The translations under genes and the position numbers were made by a program. A DNA stretch of 64,000 nt from Utricularia gibba (Eukaryota > Plantae > Magnoliophyta), in NCBI GenBank assembly GCA_002189035.1, contig CM007992.1:3038001-3102000 (forward strand), in the 5' to 3' direction. A model generated the notes under the pieces. That model was not told the origin of the DNA. It saw only the letters and a list, made by a program, of their open reading frames with translations, and did no database searches. This document shows, piece by piece, positions 49,036 through 59,163 of this stretch; positions within the stretch are counted from its first letter, which is position 1, and every line of letters starts with the position of its first letter.

Positions 49036-51131
49036 ATGGCTGCCGTTGCCGGAGACCTAATTGTCGATATGCCTGAGGGGAAGAAGAGGGGGAAATCACG
49101 TAAAGCTCTGTCCCAGAAAAACTCCTCTCAGAGTGAAGCCAATGTGGTCGCCGGAGCGCAAGTTACTGCTCCGCAAGTGTCGGCGCAAGATTCCGTCGGG
49201 AAGGAGAACCCGAGTTCAGAGCCCATATCGCAGAAGAAAACCAGGAAAGGGTCTACGAGGGCGAAAGCAAACCAGCCGCCTTCGTTTGAGAAAGAGTTGC
49301 AACAAATGCAAGAGCAACTTGAGAAATTGAAGCTGGAGAAGGAGAAGGCGGAGGAGAATTTGAAAGCCAAGGAGGAAGAGCTCGAAATGAGGGATCTGGA
49401 GCAACAGAAGCTCAAGAATGAACTCAAGAAGATGCAGAAAATCAAAGAGTTCAAGCCCACTATGGTTTCCATTCTGTCTCCTCATTCTGCAGTCATCTTG
49501 ACTTGTGAATCTTGGCTGCTTCATTTTCTTATCTTGCCTTTTTGTTGTCATCAGGCTTTCCCTCTTGGAGTATCACATGACAAAAAGAAGAGCTCAACAA
49601 AGAGGCCATCTCCCGCGTATGTGCTCTGGTGCAAGGACAATTGGAATGAAGTAAAAATCACTCTTTCGGTCTGCTAATTTGAATATCATGACCTGTTTTG
49701 ATTTTCTCAAATCTGTTATCTGGATCTTCACAGGTTAAAAAAAGTAACCCAGATGCTGATTTTAAAGAAATGTCGAATCTTCTGAGTGCAAAATGGAAAA
49801 GAGTTTCTGCAGAAGAGAAGAAGCCTTATGAAGAAAAATACTCAGCTGAGAAGGAGGCTTATTTGAAGGTAATCGGCAATGAAAAACGTGAACAAGAGGC
49901 CATGAAACTGTTGGAAGAGGAGCATAAGCAGAAGACTGCCATGGAATTACTTGAACAGTATCTTCAGTTCCAACAACAGATCAAGGAGGAGCCAAAAAAG
50001 ACCAAGTACTTGCTCTCTTATTACCTTAGTTTTTCCAAGGTTCTTGTTTGATTTTAACGCTGCTTATTAGTCTATGGTTCGCTGTTGCAGAAAGGAGAAA
50101 GATCCGTTGAAGCCGAAGCAACCCATGTCAGCTTATTTCATTTTTTCCAATGAACGCAGAGCTGCTCTTGCTGCAGAAAACAAAAGTATATTGGAGGTAT
50201 TTGTGATTTCAGATACAGAAAGGGTATTCTCCATTTCAGTAGAATGATTTGAGGTGCTGGTTTTGTTTGAAGTTGGCTAAGATGACCGGTGAAGAATGGA
50301 AGAGCATGAATGAGAAACAAAGAGCACCTTATGAGAAGGTCTGTGTGCGGTTGATGAATTGCTATAGAGCTTGAAGTACATGGTTTTTATTGAGATTCAA
50401 TGAAATCCTGCAGATGGCTTTGGAAAGAAAGGAGCAATACACAAGGGAAATGGAAGTGTACAAGCAGAAAATGGAAGAAGAAGCTGCAAATCAGAAAAAA
50501 GCTGATGAAGAGCAGATGAAACTGCAGAAGCATGAAGCTATGCAACTGCTTAAGAAGAAGGAAAAAACACTAAATCTGCTTAAGGTTTGCTAGATTTATA
50601 AATTCCATCATCTTGTTCCATTTCTGGAAAACTCAAAGATCTGGTCTGCTGAATCCGCAGAAAACCAAAGAGAAAACCAGCAAGAAGAAGACGCCTTCTG
50701 ACCCCAACAAGCCAAAGAAGCCCGCATCTTCATTCCTTCTCTTCAGGTCAGTCCATTAATAACAACAGATTCCGGAGCTTGAACAATCCAGCAGCAAATG
50801 CAGAAAACTGATCAATCTTTCAAGTAACTTCTGCAGCAAAGAGACCCGTAAGAGGACACTGGAAGAGCGCCCTGGACTCAACAACTCAGCCCTTAATGCT
50901 CTCATTTCTGTGAAGTGGAAGGTATATACATATACATATATATTTATCTTTGTTTTCATTCAACGATTACCCAACTCATTGATCTTCTAACGGTTGCGAT
51001 GCTTGTAGGAACTGAACGAGGAGGAGAGGAAATTCTGGAACGACAAAGCTGCTGCAGGACAGCAAGAATACAAGAAGGCAATGAAAGAATACAACAAAAC
51101 TAAACCAGGGGAAGCAGTAGAAGCAACTTGA
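49036..51131 (+). CDS. 3xHMG-box protein (HMGB6/HMGB13 type), 9 exons
   Basis: N-terminal coiled coil, then three HMG boxes starting KRPSPAYVLWCKD, KPKQPMSAYFIFSNE and KPKKPASSFLLFSKE. Introns in frame; stop TGA at 51129-51131. Confidence 0.93.
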
Positions 51132-51973
51132 AGTAGATCAGATTAGGCGAATTGTAGCAGCTTTTCATGCTCATCACCAACTGGGTGTGATGATCATTAG
51201 CTTTCACTTTTCTAACAACAAGGAGGAATCATCATGTAATTTTTCCTTGATTAGTTGTTTAGCAGCTGAAATCTACCCTCCCTCTTTTTCCAATAGCCAG
51301 CAAATCTTGACGTGAATTTGAAACATGGGTCATCCTTATCCATCCAAATTAATGATCATATTCTATGTATCTATTTAATGAATTATTTAATATACTAATT
51401 ACTTTTATAAATAATATTTTTTTAATTATATTAAAGCTGCATCACTATTTCAAATTCAGAACTATTATTTTAAAAAATATTATTCTAAAAACATTGTTAG
51501 AATAAATAATTTGAAATTCAGATTAATAATATTTAAATAACTTATTTTATGTAATCACTAGATTTTAGATCAATGTAATTATTATATATAATAATATATT
51601 ACATTACTATTTTGGTTATGTGATAACTAAGATACTATAGATTCATTTTTTGTAATGGTAACACATGAGAATTCAATAATGAAAATTACATTTTTTAATA
51701 TTTTATTTAATATTATAATATTAAATATGAAAAATGATATAATTAAAATTTGAAAAATACCCATTTAAAGGGAACAAATTATTTGTTAATGTGGTATATA
51801 ATATGTCCATTTTGCAATGAAATTTTTAAGAATGGCAAAATTTGGATTGAGAGAGATATTTATATTTCAAATTGATCCGGAAATTCCGTGTTTTTTTTTC
51901 TTTATTTAGTATTATTTTAATTGATGCTAAAATTGGTCCACAAAACCTGCATTCGGATTTTCTTTTTTCAAAC

Positions 51974-52455
51974 AGTCAAAGCATTTCTTTATCATTTTTT
52001 TAAAAAACAAAATATTCAATGCTCCCACGCTTTGAACTTCTTGGATCATCATCATCTTTTTTTCTCCATCAGTCTGAGTCAAGGGTCACAACACACGCCA
52101 ACTATGTTTCTTCCAAGACTTCATACCTAAATTCTAAAACACTAATTTTCAATCAGATCAAAAGATGAAATATTGAAGATTCGATTCGGTTAAACGACGG
52201 GTTTGATCGAAAAAAATCGATACCAATGGATCAATCACTAGCTGGAAAAACATACAAAGAAATCTCTCTAGACAAGGTTCAAATGATCATGTAACAGGAT
52301 AAGGAATGAACTATGAAGGTGTTGTGTGTGTGTGTGTACAGTACGGCACTTGGTACTGAGGATAGAGGGGGGGAATGGAATGTTTGAACCGGTCAAATCT
52401 CTCCACAGAGAATACCCACAACACTGATAGGGAAGAAACTCGTTTTCTCAGTCAA
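51974..52455. promoter_or_regulatory. Four W-boxes (TTGACY on the minus strand) upstream of the WRKY gene
   Basis: AGTCAA at 51974, 52077 and 52450; GGTCAA at 52391. Confidence 0.55.
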
Positions 52456-52644
52456 AGATAATACTTTTCCACTCATGACTCCCATTCTATGATTGAGGAC
52501 GATCAACAACTTCCCCAACCCATATCATTCATCTTATATATGGGTTCCTTTCTGAGCAAAGGAAAAAAAAGGCATCAATAAAAATACCTTTCTGGTTCTT
52601 CAGTTTCTCAACTTACCAAATCCAGTCTCAGGAGGTGTATAGTT

Positions 52645-53870
52645 ATGGAGAGTGCTTTGGTATTGGAGCATAGGAAGCTTGTTGATGAGCTATCTGAAGG
52701 AATGGAGAAAGCTCAGCAGTTAGAGAAACATTTGTCCTTCATGTATCCTTGTGGAGCAGACGCCTTTCTGGTGCAGAGGATCAGATCATCTTTTGAGAAC
52801 GCTTTGCGGATTGTCAACTCTGGAGCTCGGCCAGCAACTGTCGAGTCTGCCACTGTGGATTCTCTGGCACCTGCAGATGAAAGTCCGAGAATTTATGATA
52901 AGAGTAGGATAGTGCAACATGGGGATGCTGCGAAAAAGAGGTAGGCAGCAATATTCATCTCCCCCTATTTACTTCCTTCTGTTTCATTTCATTGACTTCA
53001 TTAATGTAACAGGAAGCTTATTGGCACAAGGAAAGAGCTGGTGCGAGTGAACTCTAAAAATGGGTTGGAAGGCCCTCAATGGATGGCTATAGTTGGAGGA
53101 AGTATGGCCAGAAGGACATATTGGGAGCAAAATACCCAAGGTTAGATCTTCATCTTAGCCACAGATTTTCAAAGCCTATATCTACTTCAACGAAATGAGT
53201 CATCAAGATAACCAAATCCAATTAGTTGCTAGATCTAACTCTTATCTATTGAAATTATGAAAGAAATACTCACTTATTCATGTGCATCTACAGGAGCTAC
53301 TACAGGTGCACATACCGCCTTTTGCGGAACTGCGGGGCAATGAAGCAAGTGCAAAGATCAGATACTGATCCAGATGTCTTTGAGGTCACTTACAAGGGAG
53401 ACCACACATGCACACAGGGGCAGCCTTCAGATCCAAAACCAGAGTCACTGCTGGGGTTACAACCAGAGAGTAACAACAGTCACTATCATCAAATACGGCA
53501 ACCCAATGATACGCTTCACCACATGAAAACTAGTCTCAGAGTTGAGACTCAGGCCTTGAATACCCCAGAAATGGCAGCTTACGACCCGTTTCTGTCTTCG
53601 AATTTTTCTGGTCTGGTGGGGGAGCAACACTATTCCCCAATACCTGCTCTTGATGATGACAGCGGAATGAATTCATACTCATCTCAAGCGTTCAATTCTC
53701 CAGTCACACCAGACAGTGAGACAATTCATCAGATGAGTAGTCTACCTAAGGAAGCGCCTATGGAAACCACAACTCCTGCATCAACAACCTCTGAAGGCAT
53801 GATCTTCCCAATCTATGATCTGGACGTGGATCCAACTTTCCTATTTGACATGGCGGGATTCCCGCAATAG
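52645..53870 (+). CDS. WRKY: Group III WRKY transcription factor (WRKY53/41-like), 3 exons (52645-52940, 53013-53140, 53294-53870); exon 2 is 1 nt short
   Basis: LVDELSEGMEKAQQL..LVQRIRSSFENAL. DGYSWRKYGQKDILGAKYPR is in the shifted frame of exon 2. SYYRCTYR..NCGAMKQVQRSD..YKGDHTC gives a C2HC finger. Confidence 0.92.
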
Positions 53871-54385
53871 TCCACCAGAAGTCCAGATGGTGTTCCTGGA
53901 GTTTGTGCTTGTGATATTCCGTGGTCTTGGCCACCCACTTTGTAGGATTGCAGTGTTGGAGGATTCTATCCAAGAACTCCAAAAAAGATGAGTAGATTCT
54001 AATCACCAAGATTCCAAAAAGTTGCTGAAACAACCACAATAACAGATAAAGAAACTTGACCCAGCTCCACCAGCGTAATCTTCGATTCCCCCAACTGATC
54101 AACATCCGCTGACCCAATTTCCCGGCAATCCCTGTCTCGGCGGACGATTTTTACAGTGAAAAAACAGGTAAAATAAAAAATACTACTGATAAATAAACCA
54201 AGCAGGCAGGCACTTTCGTTCTGGAATCTAAAGAATACTTCAAAGATGCTTTCGCAAGATCACGGCTACTCTAGGGCCACTATTCAACCACGTGTAGGGT
54301 CCAGATTTCTCGTAATATACTTTTTAAATATATATATATACACGTCTAGAATTTTCGGAAGAATTCAAGCTCAAGGAATTTTACC

Positions 54386-55057
54386 ATGGGGAAGTTTCAC
54401 GTTGCCCTAATCGCTGTCTTCTGCTTGATTGCCGCCTCGGATGCCTTTCGATTCGCCGGCGATGAATTCGCCCGCCTCTCTATCCCGGCGAAGAAGGACG
54501 AGTCTGATTCCAAATTTCCCGATTCCCTGTTTACAGCCTCTTTTCTACCGGTCAGAAGGGAAGCCGAGTCGAAATCTGCTGTTCCTTATACCAGAATCAC
54601 TATCCGCCCGATCAGCACCGAATCCGAAGTCGCCCGGGCTGGAGTCGCTCTCCGCCCCGTCGACGACCAATCTGATCCGAAATCCGCCAATTTCCGGCCG
54701 ATCAATCGCCGATTTCCTCAGAACATTCGTTCTTTCCCGGCCAGGAGAGACTTCGAGGTCTCCTATGGGAACGACATGCTGATTGCGTCGAATGGCAACA
54801 GCGGCGACATCGGAAAGCCAGTAGTACCTTTGAGTCATATTCGCCGCCAGGGGATTAACCGTTACCCGCGCCACGACACCCAGGATGCTCCGACGAACAA
54901 GATGCTCTTCATTCGGAAATACAACTACGATCGGTTTCTTGTGAAGAAGAGATTAGAAACTATCAGGAAATTGAGAAACGAATTCGTGGGTCAGAAAGAG
55001 GAGAAGAGCAACGGATTCATGAGGTCCGTGGGCAAATTCTTTGGCAGGTATGTCTAA
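54386..55057 (+). CDS. Uncharacterised secreted protein, 223 aa, intronless
   Basis: Uninterrupted GC-elevated ORF with a TATA-like tatatatata about 60 nt upstream. Hydrophobic signal peptide MGKFHVALIAVFCLIAASDA. No domain I recognise. Confidence 0.75.
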   Translation: MGKFHVALIAVFCLIAASDAFRFAGDEFARLSIPAKKDESDSKFPDSLFTASFLPVRREAESKSAVPYTRITIRPISTESEVARAGVALRPVDDQSDPKSANFRPINRRFPQNIRSFPARRDFEVSYGNDMLIASNGNSGDIGKPVVPLSHIRRQGINRYPRHDTQDAPTNKMLFIRKYNYDRFLVKKRLETIRKLRNEFVGQKEEKSNGFMRSVGKFFGRYV

Positions 55058-56385
55058 ACTCCTATCCCAGTTTGCGGGCGCTGCGACCATGGTACTTAGA
55101 TACAGGTATATGAGCATCTGGTTGTAGGGATACATAATCGTTGCTTGCATTTTCAGTTTCATAGACTCAGGGTAATCCTATGTATATTCACCCCTCTATG
55201 GTGTCTTTAAACATCCATGCTTCCACAATGAAGCTTTTTCTGAACTATAAACACCTCCGCTAGTCTTTGCTTTCTCCTCTCTGAAGGTGTGTGTGATTCA
55301 CAGTGGAAGATGATGGTAAACATTCCTCAGACTCCAATGCTTATGGATAGAGCAGTCAACCATGTCAGAGTTGAGGGCCTTCATCTCCTAAACGTGTAAA
55401 ACCAGGCTCTATAAAACTTTGATCCAAACGCAGAAAGGAAAATGAAGCAACGAAGTTGCGGAACGTCAGACCCGTACCTTCTGGTTCAGTCTCTGGCTCT
55501 GAATTGCTGGACACTCACAGACACCAACAGCTCCGCGAAGAAGCATGCCTCGTCGCGTCTCTCTGTTTCCTTCGGCCAAGTTCACCGCGGAAGACTTGAT
55601 CACGATTGGCCCCGCCTTCCATCGATCGCCTCATGATGCACTGTCACGATGGGTGAGTAGTTCAGGTAGCGATGCATGAGCATTAGGCATTCTGACATAG
55701 AGTTTAAAATGAAGTCCCAAGCTAAAGCAGTCTTCATAACGTATCTCAGATCTAGAATCCCCAATTCCGTACGGTAGCAGTTTAGGTTTTGGAAAAGTAC
55801 CTTGAGGCGATGATCGCCGCCGACGATCCTGATGCCAAAGAAACATATGCTCCTGATCGTCAGGAACTCCAATGTTTCACGGCTGGTGGTTGCCGGAAGC
55901 ACTGATTTCACGTTGATCTAGTCCAGATATTCAAGTCGCCTTTTCACGTTACACGTGCACCTACTCACGAAAGGCGTGTACCTCTCTCTGCGACCACACC
56001 TAAAATGCACCAATTCACTAAAAAGAGCGTGGATTCGAAGGCAGAAACAGTTGCGTTTCAAGAAATTGCTGAGTGTCACGAGAGGCAAGGACCGCTGGTT
56101 CTCCCCGAAGCCGTTCTCCGAGCACCTCCGCAGTCCGGATGAAAGCGTTCTCCGCCAGGCCGCCGCTGCTACCATCGCCGCCGTTCATCTGGTATGGCTT
56201 AATTTTTATTATTTTTTATCAGCCCTTATTAACTGTGATTATTATTATTATAACGAACAATGCATAATGGTTTATTAAATAATCAAAAGGAAATTACATT
56301 TTTGTCCAACACACGACGCCTTGACACGCATCACTTTTTCAATTTATTTTATTGGTGACCTAATTTGGATTATTTTAATGGTGAT

Positions 56386-57176
56386 CTAACTCGAGAGCAC
56401 TTGCCAAATCAATTCAGGATCAAACGACGGACATCGTGCCAGCGAGTACTCCTCTTCCATCTCCGGCGGCGGAGCCCCGCCTTCGCAGCCACCCGCCTCA
56501 TCGGAGCCGCTGGTGGCGCCACTGACGGCGACCACTTCACTTGTTTCGACAGAGCTCCCTGTTTCCGGCGTGGACGGGAACCCTCTGAGACTCTGGCAGT
56601 CGGCGGCTTTCCTCTCGGCCCTCTGTGCGAGTTTCTGCCTTTTAACCTTCTGGAAAATGGCCTGAATCTTGGCGTCCACCGTGGTCTTCACTTCGTCGAT
56701 CCGCACCCTATTCCCGAACCCCAACTGGGTCGCGTCCCTGAGATTGGGGAAATTGAGGCGGGCGTATTCGCCGCGAAGCTTATACGCCGCCCTGTCGTAG
56801 GCGTAGGCCGCCGCCTCGGCGGTGTCGTAGGTCCCCAGCCAAACCCTGACCCTGTTCCTCGGGAGCCTTATTTCCGCCACCCATTTCCTCCAGTGCCTCT
56901 GTCTCACTCCCCTGTAGACCTTCTTCTTGTCGGGATCAAGTATTTGGTCACGAAACTCGGCTCCCCCATGACAGTCCTCGGACAGTCGTTTCTGGGCTTG
57001 CGGGAGAGCAAGTCCCCGTCGTCGGCGTAAATCCGATGCCGGGAAAGCTCGGTTCCTGCTGGGGCCGATGGGTCCTTGAGGTAGGAGAAAACGGCGTCCA
57101 AAGTGCTGCAAGATGTGCCGGATGCAATGATCTCCGACAATGCTAAGCTGATGCTGTTTTCTTGAACCTCCGCCAT
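56386..57176 (-). CDS. AP2/ERF transcription factor (ERF061-like, DREB A-6-related), intronless, with an apparent frameshift upstream of the AP2 domain
   Basis: AP2 domain [61 protein letters not shown], then VDAKIQAI and C-terminal [17 protein letters not shown]. The family-like N-terminus [24 protein letters not shown] (ATG 57176) is in another frame. Confidence 0.88.
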
Positions 57177-59163
57177 CTCCAGCGCAGCAGGGTGACCTCA
57201 AAAACTTACTTCACTCCAAAGACGAATAGAAAAAGGAGGATGGAGACCTCTCTGGAAGGCCTTTCTTATAGCACCAGCATCACATGGGAACTCCTCCAAC
57301 TTTGATGGACAGATTTTCATTCATTAGAGAAAAAAAAAACATGTATTTTTATTTGTGGCGTTTGCTGATAAAATTATTAGAACAAAAGCAATGTTAAATC
57401 GAGATTTGAAATTAGTTAATATAAAAAAATTACAAATTTTTAATAATCAATTGAACTTAATGTTTTCTAATATAATCCAAATTTGAATTTCAACAAAAAT
57501 ATGTAAATAATTTGTGATAAAAAAGGAGGAGGTCATGGGAAAGGAACGAGAGGACGTGCGAAAGAGTCAAAAAGTAACTTTATGAATTAAATTTGCAATC
57601 CACACGTCTGTCCGTACAACAAAAAAATCTTGTCTGAAGATTAGACCGAGGTGATGAGCTCCACTCTTTTTCACCTTAAAAAAATGGAGTATTTTTTAAT
57701 TAAAAATGAATGAACTGCGGGCGGGGGATGACGTCCTGGAGTTGAAAGTTGAAAGGAGAAGAGGCACAGGGAGACTTTAGTAGGTGCATCCAACTTCCAT
57801 CCCTTTGAAGAAGATGAGAGGAAAGGGCTGGTGTCCCATGGCATGTGATAAAAATGTTACATTCATGAAATTACATGAGTTGGTTATGTTCCGTTTTAAA
57901 AAATTTCTGAGTTCATTATATTCTAAATCCATGATTTTTAGATCAAATATATAATTATCTTTGGCATGATTCATATTCCTCCATCAACCTCCTCCTCCAC
58001 ATTGTGATGGTCCACGTTACGATATTTATTTTTTATTTGTTTGTTTAAATGATCATGATAATTTTGATGAATTAAATTTCATAATGTTCTCGAAAAAGAT
58101 ATCGTATAATATTTATATGATTATTTTACTTAATCTTATCATTTTCATTATCTATAACATAGATGTTAGATTTGTGTATATAACTCCATCCACGCTTTCT
58201 TCAACTACGCTTCACACTGCAATGCACACAGTGATTATGTGATTCGATGCAAACGTCACAGAAACGCGATCTTCCCCAAGGTACGTACACAACAAGTGTC
58301 AGATGCAGCGGCGGCCACGACAAGATATGCAGGATGGCTCATTCTACGTGGTGCATTGCGAGAGCAGGCGCGGCTCATCCCATTTGTATCAGCATCAGAC
58401 GAGTCCAACATTGAAATGCGGATGTATTGCAAATCTGATTACTATATTTCGAATGTATGAGAAAAACAGCAACGATATGTATAAAATTTTAATCCTAATG
58501 TGTGAGATAGATTGGATAAACACTTTTCTAAATGACCCTTGAAATACTAACCTATTTGTCAGAGCCAGCGGATAAAACATGTTTTGCATGCAAGCAGGAA
58601 TCAGGAATCACAGCAAGAAAAGAAGCACAGAGGGGGCATGGCATGGCATGGCATAGATCCCCCCTGTTCTCCCTAACTTCCCCATTGGATTTCAGCTTGC
58701 TCGAGTTCTGGATGCAGAGGTGGGTTGGGTTGGGTTGAAAACCATGGGAGTTTCATGTCACACGAGAGGTGAATCAATCCAATTCCAAAGTGGGGATTAG
58801 GTTAGGTGGGTGGTTGTCGCCCTGCTTTCTCCACTACCTGATCCCACTGATCTGTCCCTGGAATGAATAGTGGAAGCAGAGGGAAGGCACAGCATGGGGT
58901 ATTATACTTCTCCCCGTTGCTGCATGGCAGGATCGTATGAAACTTGGAAAACAAATCGAGGCTCCAGTCATTAACTTTGGACCAAAGATGAGAGGAGAGG
59001 AATGTATGGGCAATAAGTAAGTAGCCAAAGTGTGAGTTATAGTAGAAACGGGAAGGTATTAATCAGGTTACTTGGTACACCAACTTCACTGAAATCATTC
59101 ACAGGGGGGAGGGAATGACATACCAGAAAAGAAAAAGCTTCCTCAAAGATGAGACTGGATGAC

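Noticed and set aside
28373-57176. COPT, RBOH, WRKY, ERF and GH5 as a stress or defence gene cluster
   Set aside because: They are interleaved with housekeeping genes, share no pathway logic, and look like an ordinary syntenic block.
58620-58820. (GGCAT)4 and (GGGTT)3 micro-repeats between ERF and LACS
   Set aside because: Too short to distinguish from chance microsatellites.
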